A DNA stretch of 64,000 bases, from positions 805 to 64,804 of the IMG/VR virus record IMGVR_UViG_3300025697_000023; one strand, given 5' to 3'. The notes under the pieces were generated by a model. It ran no database searches. It was given only the letters and a program-made list of their open reading frames with translations, and was not told the origin of the DNA. Below are positions 1 to 9,529 of the stretch, piece by piece. The translations under genes and the position numbers were made by a program. Within the stretch, counting starts at the first letter, position 1. Each line of letters starts with the position of its first letter. Source of the stretch: a virus. Taxonomy: Duplodnaviria; Caudoviricetes.

Positions 1-5
1 CCATC

Positions 6-224
6 TCAGTCCAGTGGGCCTGGGATATCAGCGACTTCAATCAGCTTGAAGGTGTCACTGTCTTTGCGTGAGACAATGAGCTTCAAGGCTTTGGAACGTC
101 CGATATGTTCCGAGCAGATGAATCCTACTTGTTCTCCCTTGTAGAAAACCTCGAGATCTTCAGGACCGTTTGTTCGTTTACAACCATCAACAATACAAGT
201 ATCCATAGAGCCTCCTATGAGCAT
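6..224 (-). CDS. small hypothetical protein with Cys/His motifs (CIVDGC...CSEH)
   Basis: ORF directly downstream of RNR. True start may be MDTC (~207), which follows a GGAGG SD. Confidence 0.5.
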   Translation of the reverse strand: MLIGGSMDTCIVDGCKRTNGPEDLEVFYKGEQVGFICSEHIGRSKALKLIVSRKDSDTFKLIEVADIPGPLD

Positions 225-3200
225 ACGCCGTCATTGTAACCACAAAAACGGCAGGCTGCGCAAGTTCCAGTTTTTTCTAGTAAGCCACCACAACGAGGAC
301 AGGGTTCTCCATCAATGGATGCTCCGGTATTAGCTACAGGAATCATCGGAGGAGAAACGCCTTCAATAAAGACGTCGTCAGTATCGATAAACTTAAGGCG
401 GAGGAAATGGTAGAGATACCCTAGCACAGAATTCACGGATCTGATTTTAGGATTGGATGTTAAGCCCTGGGGTGGGAATATTGGTCCCGCCATATGTTCT
501 AAGAGTTCTTCCAGGGGGATGTTGTACTGCAATGCAATAGAAAAGAGCGTAGCGTAACTATCCAGGAGACCTGATACTGTGGACCCTATCGAAGACATCC
601 TAAAGAATACTTCTATAGGACGAGTAGGATCGTCTGGGTCTACTCCAACGTGTATGTATCCCTTATGATCTCCAACCCTAAATTTATGCCGGGGTAGTCC
701 GTCGAGGTCATCGGGGAGGCTCATCCTTTGGGGAATATTTTTTACAATTTTCTTTGCTGCCAGTTCTTTAGCGCGGAGAGGCTCGCTTAATTTAGAACCC
801 CGGCGGTAAATGGATACACATTTGATGCGCTTTTCCCAGGCCTTTAAGAACGTGCGTTCGATGTCTTCGGGAGTTGCCGAGTGATCCATGTTGAAAGTCT
901 TGGAGACCGCTCCGGATAGGAAGGGCTGTACGGCTGCTACCATGTCAAGGTGAGCATCTACCGAGAGACTACGTTCTCCTTCCTTAGGACGAAAGGCACA
1001 ATCGAAGACAGGTAGATGTTCGGGTTTGAGAGTTGAACCTTCAAAATGTCCATTTTGGGCTACGTACTCTAGCAGGTCTTTTTGTTGCTCTACCGTATAT
1101 CCTAAATATTCTAATCCGGATTTTACGGCGTTACTTTGGTAAGCAATATTGCCGCCACCTACGATTGTTTTTAGTTTAGAAAGACTCGAGTCTGGTTCGA
1201 TTCCTGTTGTATCACAACCCATCATGAACGCGATAGTTCCCGTCGGGGCCAGAAGAGTAACTTGAGCATTCCTGAAACCGGGGCCGTCACCTTTAACATT
1301 CTTTTTGCGACCAAAGCCCAAGCCGGTAGCTTCTTGCCATGACTTTAATGCCTGTGCGGATATACCTGCGGTGTCTTTCGCAAGTTTTCGAGTATGTCCA
1401 AGGTGAAGATCAAGAACGTCTTCCATAGGATCTTTGTTAAATTCAAAACGCTCAAAGGCGCCGAGTAACTGGGCTATCTCCGCGCTGGTCAAATAAGCTT
1501 GGCCGGTCATTAGACTCGCTATTGATGCCGCTATTTCTTGGCCCTCTTGACTAGCGTAAGGTATTCCCCAGGACATCAATAGTCCTCCAAGGTTAGCAAA
1601 ACCTAAACCCAGGGGACGGTAACTATGACTAGTTTTTTCTATTTCCGGAGTTGGATAACCTCCGAGATTTACAATTATATCTTGAGCTAAAACTAGAAGG
1701 TAAACAACGTGTCTAAAAGTTCGGGTGTCAAAAGTATGGTTGCCTTTGTCGAATTTACGGAGGTTGATACTGGCTAGATTACAGGCTGAATTTTTTAACC
1801 AGACAAATTCTCCGCAATTATGTGCAATAAATCCGTTAACTATGCCCCAGTGAGTATCGGGTTCTATAAAGTCATATACTTTCTCAATACCCGCGGGTTT
1901 TACCGAGATAACAAAAGGAGCATGCTTAAGTATCAACTGTTCTAGTAATTCACGTTTATAAGTTTGAATAAATGATATTTTCTCAGCGAAGAGAAGAATA
2001 CTACTATATTTAGCAATATTAATATCATAGTTTTCTTTGCAGAGATAAACTCCATTTTTAAATTTTATTTTTTTTGCTTTATTGGTTGTATAATATGCGT
2101 AAATTTTTTGTTTAAGGAGAAGATCAATGACTTGGTCTCTTAAAGCTGCACAGGAAGTTTTAAGAGCTATTCGATTTTCACTTATAATACTACCATTAGC
2201 GGAATAAAGCCCAGACAAGAAATTACATTCATCTTTTTTAAGAAGAGAGGGAGGAAGTTCCCGTTCTGGAAGCCTCCGGGGATCAAGAGAATATTCGGTA
2301 GCTATATTATAGGCCAATTGTGAATAGAAAGCATAGGGTTTTGATTCAGTATAGCCTAGTGGGTTATGCTCAAAAAAGTCAGCTACTTCGTAATCGGTGG
2401 CTGAAAAATTAACTTCTAGTCCTTTGGGTGGTTCTGAACGTAGTCTCCCGGTACAACCATCCCCTTGAATAAATCCTGCAAGGATAGCCGGTGTTTTGGC
2501 AGGTATTCGTACTGTATAGGAAGGCATTAAGCGCTTTTTTCTGAGATCTTCTGCTCTGGCTGTTTCTCCGTTAGCTAATTTCCATACGTGATCGGGGGTA
2601 CATTTTATATCTGGTATCTTTAGTTTAGGATAAAATCGAATGCGTACTACGGGTTTTTCTCCTGTGCACCAAACTCTACCTTTGCTACTATTTCCCGAAG
2701 GAGTTGTTATATCTACGATTTTTTTCTTAGCAAGATTTCGAAAGGTTCTATATCCTTTTGGAGTCTTTAGTGTCATGTCCCCGGTCAGACAAGGATTGCT
2801 TCCTGTAATTTCCGCGTCATTAGCGCACGTATTATATGTATTTATAGTATCACCGAATTGTACCCCGGGATCTCCACATTTATGTGCTGCTTTAGCTACT
2901 TGTTTGAAAAGTTTTCGTGCTGAAATAGTGCGAGCAACTTCTTTATTGTCGCGGTTTATAAGGGGCCATTCAGCGTCTTCACGATATTGAATATACCGTT
3001 TGATGTACTCCATGAACGCGTCCGGAATGCGGATAGAGTTATTTCCCGACTGATGTTTGACGTAGGTGTATGCATTATTAGTTACGGCGTAATTTGTAGG
3101 GATATCTGCATCCGCTAATATTTCTACAATATCTTCCTGGTCAGCTTTGCACCAAATGAATTTCTCTACATCAGGATGATCGATGTCTAGTATGACCATA

Positions 3201-3850
3201 CGTGCAGCACGGCGAGTACGTCCTCCGCTCAAGATAACATTGGCTATCGCGTCATACGCAGACATGAAAGAAACAGGACCTGAGGCCGTGCCTCCTCCTC
3301 TAATATGCTCGGTGGACGCTCGTAAGTCTGAGAGGTTTACTCCGCTACCAGATCCACTCTTAAAAATAAGTCCCTCTTTGGTACCTAGCTCCAGAATACT
3401 ATCCATATTGTCTTTTACTTCATTAATAAAGCAGGCAGCACACTGAGGTTTTTCCTGACTACCGTCAATACCCATATTAAACCACACTGGACTATTAAAC
3501 GATGCCATTTGATGGAGTAAGACATATGTTAATTCGTCACTAAATATTTTGCTATTTTCTTTGTCGAAATACCCCTCGGTAACCCCGGCGTCAGTAATCG
3601 TAGTAACAACTCTGCGGATCATTTGTTGTACGCTGGATTCTCGTTCAGAGCTATTTTGAGATTCCCGGAAATACCGAGAGGCAGTTATATTGCGAGACAG
3701 TTCTGACCACTCAGCGGGAAATTCTCCGTCAGCTAACTCATACGTTACAGTACCTTCAAGATCGACCATTTTTACATTAGTATGCAGCCAAGTGATGTCG
3801 TCAAAAGGACTAGTTTCTTCCGTTGTGAAGGTTCGTTTGATCTTCAACAT
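215..3850 (-). CDS. nrdJ: class II (B12-dependent) ribonucleotide reductase with intein, C-terminal TSCPD-like domain and Zn ribbon
   Basis: Motifs FNSPVWFN, CAACFI, GSGSGVNLS, GGRTRRAARM, NP/CGE active-site Cys after intein removal, CNLASINL, APTGTI, GIEP, SKTFNM; C-terminal CPRC..CRFC. Confidence 0.93.
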   Translation of the reverse strand: MLKIKRTFTTEETSPFDDITWLHTNVKMVDLEGTVTYELADGEFPAEWSELSRNITASRYFRESQNSSERESSVQQMIRRVVTTITDAGVTEGYFDKENSKIFSDELTYVLLHQMASFNSPVWFNMGIDGSQEKPQCAACFINEVKDNMDSILELGTKEGLIFKSGSGSGVNLSDLRASTEHIRGGGTASGPVSFMSAYDAIANVILSGGRTRRAARMVILDIDHPDVEKFIWCKADQEDIVEILADADIPTNYAVTNNAYTYVKHQSGNNSIRIPDAFMEYIKRYIQYREDAEWPLINRDNKEVARTISARKLFKQVAKAAHKCGDPGVQFGDTINTYNTCANDAEITGSNPCLTGDMTLKTPKGYRTFRNLAKKKIVDITTPSGNSSKGRVWCTGEKPVVRIRFYPKLKIPDIKCTPDHVWKLANGETARAEDLRKKRLMPSYTVRIPAKTPAILAGFIQGDGCTGRLRSEPPKGLEVNFSATDYEVADFFEHNPLGYTESKPYAFYSQLAYNIATEYSLDPRRLPERELPPSLLKKDECNFLSGLYSANGSIISENRIALKTSCAALRDQVIDLLLKQKIYAYYTTNKAKKIKFKNGVYLCKENYDINIAKYSSILLFAEKISFIQTYKRELLEQLILKHAPFVISVKPAGIEKVYDFIEPDTHWGIVNGFIAHNCGEFVWLKNSACNLASINLRKFDKGNHTFDTRTFRHVVYLLVLAQDIIVNLGGYPTPEIEKTSHSYRPLGLGFANLGGLLMSWGIPYASQEGQEIAASIASLMTGQAYLTSAEIAQLLGAFERFEFNKDPMEDVLDLHLGHTRKLAKDTAGISAQALKSWQEATGLGFGRKKNVKGDGPGFRNAQVTLLAPTGTIAFMMGCDTTGIEPDSSLSKLKTIVGGGNIAYQSNAVKSGLEYLGYTVEQQKDLLEYVAQNGHFEGSTLKPEHLPVFDCAFRPKEGERSLSVDAHLDMVAAVQPFLSGAVSKTFNMDHSATPEDIERTFLKAWEKRIKCVSIYRRGSKLSEPLRAKELAAKKIVKNIPQRMSLPDDLDGLPRHKFRVGDHKGYIHVGVDPDDPTRPIEVFFRMSSIGSTVSGLLDSYATLFSIALQYNIPLEELLEHMAGPIFPPQGLTSNPKIRSVNSVLGYLYHFLRLKFIDTDDVFIEGVSPPMIPVANTGASIDGEPCPRCGGLLEKTGTCAACRFCGYNDGVCS
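1817..2791 (-). mobile_element. intein (~325 aa) with LAGLIDADG homing endonuclease in RNR
   Basis: Starts CLTGD after GSNP and ends IAHN before CGEF. Block B TPDH; LAGLIDADG-like ILAGFIQGDG and FLSGLYSANG; visibly more AT-rich than the flanks. Confidence 0.92.
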
Positions 3851-3860
3851 ATGCTTCCTG

Positions 3861-4418
3861 TTAGATGTTAGGGGTTTTGTTGCTAGCGTAAATCGTGCGT
3901 TTGTTTTTCATCATCCTTATACCCTTTATAGTCTCTAATTGTCTGCGAGTTAGTTTTGTATCTTCAGTAAGTGCCTGGGCGAGACGCGCAAGCCATAAGG
4001 CATCTGCGATGTCATCAGAAGTAACTTCGATGTTAAATTCTTTTTGTGCTGTGAGTACCATTTGAGTTTTAGATGCATCGCCCCGTATTGCAAATTTTTT
4101 AAGTACTGTAGGAGGTACAATCGTGACGGGAATTTTAGCATCGAAGAGTGCAAGCAAAAACATTCCCCTAACTTGTCCGAGATCATCAGCACGGTTTACG
4201 GACCCGTAGGAAGGCCCCTCAATGCAAGCATGAGATACATTTTTCGGTAGATGTATTCGGAAAAGATCCCGAATAGTAGCCAGGCGTTCCGCTCCTTTTT
4301 TCTTGGGAGCATTTAAAATATTGGCAGAAAGTACTCTATTTTTACTTATAGCAGCAAACCCGCTACTCCTGAGGGATGGGTCGATACCGAGGTAATTACT
4401 TGCTGTTTCTTGAGGCAT
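3861..4418 (-). CDS. ruvC: RuvC-like Holliday junction resolvase
   Basis: YLGIDPS, CIEG, PTVLKKF, DDIADAL catalytic pattern. Confidence 0.85.
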   Translation of the reverse strand: MPQETASNYLGIDPSLRSSGFAAISKNRVLSANILNAPKKKGAERLATIRDLFRIHLPKNVSHACIEGPSYGSVNRADDLGQVRGMFLLALFDAKIPVTIVPPTVLKKFAIRGDASKTQMVLTAQKEFNIEVTSDDIADALWLARLAQALTEDTKLTRRQLETIKGIRMMKNKRTIYASNKTPNI

Positions 4419-4431
4419 GACTTACTATTAT

Positions 4432-4449
4432 TTCAGTTAAATAACTGAA
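4432..4449. promoter_or_regulatory. palindrome TTCAGTTA-aa-TAACTGAA in a divergent intergenic region (candidate operator)
   Basis: Perfect 8-bp inverted repeat between ruvC and the plus-strand 4464 gene. On the minus strand it fills the spacer between TTGACC and an AT-rich -10-like element. Confidence 0.5.
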
Positions 4450-4463
4450 GGTCAATCAATCTT

Positions 4464-5402
4464 ATGGTTGCAAAATTAGTAATAGAATTCGATAAAATAG
4501 TATTAACAGGGACTCCTGATTTATACTATCTGCATACTACTGTCGAAGCGGAATCTACTCCGGATAATATCAGGCCCTGCTTAGTTGTAGAGGAGCAGGG
4601 AGTCACTGAGCCTGAGAAGATTTTGCGTATCGCTGACTTTACAGAGATCCCTCTTATCAACTCTATCTCTGTCCTTAGTAAAGCTGTCAGTAATCCTGCG
4701 GCACTCATTCCTGCGGCAGGAGACCGGTATTTGGTGAAGGCTGCTGGAGCAGGAGCTTGGGCGGGTGAGGATAATAATTTTGCTACCTGGAGTGCTGCCG
4801 GGGTCTGGACGTTCATTCAAGCATATACGGGGATGGCAGCATGGGCGGTAGACGAGCAACTCCGGTATGAGTTCAGTGGAACTGCTTGGGTGGCTACGCC
4901 GGGTACCGGACTTCCGGAATTGCCTTTAGACGTAAATTGTTTTGAAGATACGGTGTTACCTGGAGGTACTGTTCAGGTTGATTGGACCCTTAGAATAAAA
5001 GGTCCCTTCCCTCCTATTTGGACACAAGTCATGGGGCTAATTCCCACCGATATATTATATTATAAAGTTACGGCTGTATTGAACCCCCCTACTAATCAAG
5101 TTTTGGTTGTGCCTCTGGGAGTAACTACTGCTTTTCCTCCTACACCTGAACGAGGAGTAACTGTTGATTATTGGGGTATTCCTCCGGCGGGACTTATGAA
5201 TAGTAGTGTTACACTGGTTGCTAACCGAGATTTTACGCTAGTACCTGGGACAGTCTATAGAATAGCTGAGCACCACGACACTTTTACGGATGAGACCATA
5301 GCAAACAACAAGGTGAATTCTTTGCGAGTACAGGCCCATACTCTCGTGCAAGAAACAAACGAGGATACCTTCACGGGTACCCTGCTGGAAACCTTTGAAT
5401 AA
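4464..5402 (+). CDS. putative virion protein with DUF2793-like insert
   Basis: PAAGDRYLV..GAWAG....A.W....W.F...G..AW..DE....F.G.AW resembles DUF2793 of tail-associated proteins. Confidence 0.55.
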   Translation: MVAKLVIEFDKIVLTGTPDLYYLHTTVEAESTPDNIRPCLVVEEQGVTEPEKILRIADFTEIPLINSISVLSKAVSNPAALIPAAGDRYLVKAAGAGAWAGEDNNFATWSAAGVWTFIQAYTGMAAWAVDEQLRYEFSGTAWVATPGTGLPELPLDVNCFEDTVLPGGTVQVDWTLRIKGPFPPIWTQVMGLIPTDILYYKVTAVLNPPTNQVLVVPLGVTTAFPPTPERGVTVDYWGIPPAGLMNSSVTLVANRDFTLVPGTVYRIAEHHDTFTDETIANNKVNSLRVQAHTLVQETNEDTFTGTLLETFE

Positions 5403-5773
5403 TGGCACTTCAACTAGATCTTAAACAAACAAATACTATTGAGCCTGGGCCGGTCTATAAGGTCCTGAATGAAATTACATATGCGGAGGATATTGCTGCT
5501 GAAGTTTTTGTGTTTACAACAGTTGATCAGGAGTTTAGTCATGTAGCCTCTGTTTGGGACCTGATGAATCTTCCTGTAGGACATGCAGCAGCGGTTATTG
5601 CGGGAACTGACCGGTATCGTAAAGATACCGCAGAAGTGGGTTACGCATCGGTAGACACTGCCATTGAATTCGCAGAGTATGTTCGTGTACGCATACAGGC
5701 ATTATTGAATGCCTATAAATCAGCAACCGAGGACTTTGAGGGAATAACCGACTACGTGTTTACCCCGAGTTAA
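5402..5773 (+). CDS. hypothetical (probably structural) protein
   Basis: TAATG-coupled ORF; shares a VFVF...F.xVA...DF.G pattern with its neighbours. Confidence 0.6.
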   Translation: MALQLDLKQTNTIEPGPVYKVLNEITYAEDIAAEVFVFTTVDQEFSHVASVWDLMNLPVGHAAAVIAGTDRYRKDTAEVGYASVDTAIEFAEYVRVRIQALLNAYKSATEDFEGITDYVFTPS

Positions 5774-5776
5774 ACT

Positions 5777-6991
5777 ATGGACAAAACCAGAATTGAACAA
5801 GACTCGATAGAAGTAACGTTAGCCGACGGGAAGACTGCCTTCCGAGTTACCACTACGGTTACTGACCCCGGAATTTTACCGGATACAGGTCTATTCGTTT
5901 TTACAATTGTTGATCCGTTAGAACCCAAGTCAGACACATTTATTCGTGTAGCTCAGCCACATGATATTAATTTTATGCTTCGTGATCGGGATAATGCTGT
6001 CGCAGCGGGAGATACGGAATTCTTATATCTTCAGGTCGCTATAAGCTATGAGTCTATTGAAGTAGCAGTACAAGCAAAAACCGCGATTAAATCTAGAATA
6101 GATGCAGCTATTAGTCGTTGGTATGTCTACCAGACTGAGTTTGTGGGCGTAGAAAATACTCTGCATCCTGGAGTAGACCCCGAGTATGAACAAGCCTTGA
6201 AGGCTGTATATGTTACTGCCCGAGATGCTCGAGTATTGGCAGAAACCGCGGTCGAAGACGCTGATGATGCTGTAGCTGCTGCTCAAGTTTTGTTGGAACA
6301 TGTGCAAGAAATTTCCGAAATTAGGAAGACTGAAACGGAGTTCTGTGCTGAAGTTAATACTACCTTGTGGCCTCAAGTTAAACTGGGGTGGACGGCCTTC
6401 AATGCGGGATCCGGAGCACTATATACGGCAAGCAAATCCTTTTGGACTTCTGCAAAAGCGTTTGATGATATTGCGGATCCTTTCTACAGTACTTCGAGTA
6501 CTTTTTGGACTAATTTAATTGTAGCGTATAATGCGTTTCCTACGGATCCTCCTGTTCCTGTTTATAACGGTCCCCCGGCGGCTCCTACAACAGATTGGTT
6601 AACTTTTTACAATGAGTTAAAGGGGTACGATGGGGTACCTGCAGCGTTTAACGCACTACTGACTACGTACGGTACCGCGGTTTCAACTTACGGCCCGCAT
6701 ACTTCTGCGGGTACTTCGTTAGCAGCGTTCCAAACGGTTTTAGATGCCTATACGTCAACGGCTACATTAATATCGTCAATGACTACAGCAATGGATACTT
6801 TCTATACTGCGGCAACCGTAGCATACAGTGCTGCGGTGGCCCAGGTAACACAAAAAGAAGCGGGAGTTACCACCGCTGTCAATGCAAAAAATGAGGCAGA
6901 AGCTGAGTTAGCTTCTGCCCAGGAAACGGAAGACGCGGCGTTGGCTGCTGTCGAAGAAATTTGTCCAGACTTCGAAACTACATCAGTTTAA
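5777..6991 (+). CDS. hypothetical protein with Ala/Thr-rich helical/coiled-coil C-terminus
   Basis: Long ORF; N-terminal domain resembles 5402..5773. Confidence 0.6.
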   Translation: MDKTRIEQDSIEVTLADGKTAFRVTTTVTDPGILPDTGLFVFTIVDPLEPKSDTFIRVAQPHDINFMLRDRDNAVAAGDTEFLYLQVAISYESIEVAVQAKTAIKSRIDAAISRWYVYQTEFVGVENTLHPGVDPEYEQALKAVYVTARDARVLAETAVEDADDAVAAAQVLLEHVQEISEIRKTETEFCAEVNTTLWPQVKLGWTAFNAGSGALYTASKSFWTSAKAFDDIADPFYSTSSTFWTNLIVAYNAFPTDPPVPVYNGPPAAPTTDWLTFYNELKGYDGVPAAFNALLTTYGTAVSTYGPHTSAGTSLAAFQTVLDAYTSTATLISSMTTAMDTFYTAATVAYSAAVAQVTQKEAGVTTAVNAKNEAEAELASAQETEDAALAAVEEICPDFETTSV

Positions 6992-8376
6992 TATCTTCTT
7001 AAAACATGTGGGTCTTTTTCTAAGTAAGTAAAATGTCCAAAATTACTATAAATATCCTGGATTGAATTAAGTGTCATATTAAACCCACACGCACCTCTGC
7101 CGTGGTAGCTGTAATTAATACGAAAACCCTGGAGATATGGTTCGATGTATAGAACAGGGTAAGAAGTAGAGTGCCAGGTACCAACGTAAGTAGGGCTGTA
7201 AACGTGACTTGTAGCTTCATAAAGAATAGCTAAACGTTCTGGAGTAAGAGGTGCAATATACTTTCCGTTCATGTCATTCCCATGCTTTAAAATAAATTCA
7301 TGAGCCTTTTTAAAGTCAGAAAAAAGGTTAATGTCGTTATGAGCACCGGGTTGGGTATTACGCCTAAGAGTAAAGTGTAGAGTATTATCACGCATGATTA
7401 AGGCGGTAGTAACTATACACCGGTTATAGCGTTTAGAGAGTGTTCCGGAGTTAGCTAGTAGGTAGCGTAGTTGAAATGCCGTAAAGGGATTGATTACTCC
7501 GTCATTAATTTTGGACACTATTTCTTTCTGGTCTTTGGGATAGGCTCCCCTACAGCTGCGTCGCGTACCATCTCCAAAAGTAGTACCACAAGTTTTTTGA
7601 ACTCCGCAATCAGTACAAACTTCTTTCTGAAAAGCTACATAACGTTTGCGTTCCTGTTGCGCTTCTGCGCGACAATCCGCAGCTTCTTGTATAGCAGTAA
7701 AGAAGTGTTCAGTGATACCTCTGACTCTTTGGTGTACTCCCGCTCCGCCAGTCATTGCTGGGCTGATATATACGAAATCATCAATCTTAGTGATCCCGTG
7801 TTTGAGTTCAAAGTCTTCAGCTAAGGAGTCAGGGGATATTCCGTTATTGATTACCGGGTTATTATACATATTAGACTTAGAATATGAGATCATTTGTTTC
7901 AGAATACAATTGTGTTCTGAGTCGGCCTGCTCGGGAGTATGGTTTGCTGTCGTGCACTCTTTACAAGACATGCTGTACTTTTGTGGCAGGTAACATTCGT
8001 CAAAAATTTGTTTAGTAGATACTGAGCCTATGTCTTTATCCTCTAACTTGAGACATATTTTTTCATGGTTTCCTGCGTCCATATTTTCCAAGACGTTTTG
8101 TATGTCCAAGTGAAAAATCCATTTAGGAATATCCTCAGATAGGTTTGAATATTGTTTTTTGGTATATGACGTAAACCTTACAAAGTAAGTATCTCCCATT
8201 ATTTTTTTTACAAGCGGGTGTTCGGCTAGTTTGTAAACTGTAGAGATATCTTTAAATTCTTTGTGTTGGGATGCATCCATACAGGCAAATATGATAGCGG
8301 GTGATTGATAGGTACTCCAGCGATTACTCGAAGTTGCGTAAGTAAACATAAGGGGGGTGTTGGCGTAATCAAGCAT
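6988..8376 (-). CDS. Cys-rich hypothetical protein downstream of RT
   Basis: 462 aa; start overlaps the RT stop; CKEC and CTDCGVQKTC...C motifs. Confidence 0.7.
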   Translation of the reverse strand: MLDYANTPLMFTYATSSNRWSTYQSPAIIFACMDASQHKEFKDISTVYKLAEHPLVKKIMGDTYFVRFTSYTKKQYSNLSEDIPKWIFHLDIQNVLENMDAGNHEKICLKLEDKDIGSVSTKQIFDECYLPQKYSMSCKECTTANHTPEQADSEHNCILKQMISYSKSNMYNNPVINNGISPDSLAEDFELKHGITKIDDFVYISPAMTGGAGVHQRVRGITEHFFTAIQEAADCRAEAQQERKRYVAFQKEVCTDCGVQKTCGTTFGDGTRRSCRGAYPKDQKEIVSKINDGVINPFTAFQLRYLLANSGTLSKRYNRCIVTTALIMRDNTLHFTLRRNTQPGAHNDINLFSDFKKAHEFILKHGNDMNGKYIAPLTPERLAILYEATSHVYSPTYVGTWHSTSYPVLYIEPYLQGFRINYSYHGRGACGFNMTLNSIQDIYSNFGHFTYLEKDPHVLRRY

Positions 8377-9529
8377 GTTTAACCTCTTCTTGAGCCTTCT
8401 TGCAGACCATCTCGTAGTCGCTAATGGCTACATCCAATTCTATTTTAAGACGGTCAGCTCGTTCCGGATTTAACTTTCCGATAACCTGATTAATATAGTT
8501 TACGTTTCCTCGAAGGTAATCAATGTACTGTTCTACTGTCGGGTATCCTGCCCGAGCATATTGGGTTTCAATCCCATGGGTTAATGAGTTGTGAACCATA
8601 GCTCGGAACAGAAGATATTTTTCACGCGGTATATTAGGTTTTTGATTGAAGACCATTCCTAGTAAAGTTTTACGATAGAAAGAATGTCCAACTCGGGTCT
8701 TCAGGGGGTTAATTCTATACTCCGCGGTTTGAATAATATCTGTGATACACCCACAAATTTCTTGAGATTCTTCCTTACTTATATTTACACCACAAGTGAA
8801 ACATAGATCATCAGAGTAGCGAGTATAGCGCCAGCACCAGACGTCTTTTAGGTTCATTTTTTTATCCAGGGTTTTTAAGTAACTGAGGATCTGATGATCT
8901 ATTCTGTCATCTGCAATAAGGTTACAGATAGCACCGGAGGTAGGGGCTCCTTGAGGAACTCCCGCGGATACTTGCGGTAGGTCATCTACAGTAAGAAGGC
9001 CTGCCAAGAGGCTCGCTGTATAGTGATTATAACCAGCATCTTTAAAATAGTTTCGAATCCAAGAGCGGTGGGTACTCCCAAAGAAATCCCGGAGGTCCAT
9101 TTGGATTACGGCACCTCTCCGGGGACACTCGTGTTTCTTGGGGGACACTCCTTTGGGAGTACCATCACAGGTTTTACAGGCAGGAATATGTTGTGCAACT
9201 GCATGCCGGGTAGACAGTCCTTTTCTATACGCAGTAACATGATCCCCCAATTGGCTCTGAAGAGGAATCAAGAACTTAGCGTGTACCCTGCGTAGGAACG
9301 ATTTCATAAAGGGTGAAGGAGCGTGAATAATCCGAAAACCCTTTCGTTTTTTAGGGATTCGGTGAACGGTATAGTGTTCGTCTTTCTGATTAAGTACCCA
9401 CCAGAGTGTTTTGGTTGCATACCCTAACCGGAAAGAAAGGCTACAATCATCCACGGCATAGGGAGTAACTTCGGGAATATTTGGTAATTCAATTCTAACT
9501 ACTGAGGTTTTGGCAAAGCCTATGGACAT
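8369..9529 (-). CDS. retron-type reverse transcriptase
   Basis: IPKK.KGFRIIHAP, AYRKG..T.HAVAQH (region X-like), MDLRDFFGS, VPQGAPTSGAICN, YTRYSDDLCF, INPLKT, LLGMVFN (region Y-like). Confidence 0.92.
   Translation of the reverse strand: MSIGFAKTSVVRIELPNIPEVTPYAVDDCSLSFRLGYATKTLWWVLNQKDEHYTVHRIPKKRKGFRIIHAPSPFMKSFLRRVHAKFLIPLQSQLGDHVTAYRKGLSTRHAVAQHIPACKTCDGTPKGVSPKKHECPRRGAVIQMDLRDFFGSTHRSWIRNYFKDAGYNHYTASLLAGLLTVDDLPQVSAGVPQGAPTSGAICNLIADDRIDHQILSYLKTLDKKMNLKDVWCWRYTRYSDDLCFTCGVNISKEESQEICGCITDIIQTAEYRINPLKTRVGHSFYRKTLLGMVFNQKPNIPREKYLLFRAMVHNSLTHGIETQYARAGYPTVEQYIDYLRGNVNYINQVIGKLNPERADRLKIELDVAISDYEMVCKKAQEEVKHA

Noticed and set aside
8369-9529. RT as part of a diversity-generating retroelement or group II intron
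   Set aside because: The motifs are retron-like (PQGAPTS, AxxH). I found no TR/VR repeat pair, no Avd-like gene, no maturase/endonuclease domain and no flanking intron RNA.
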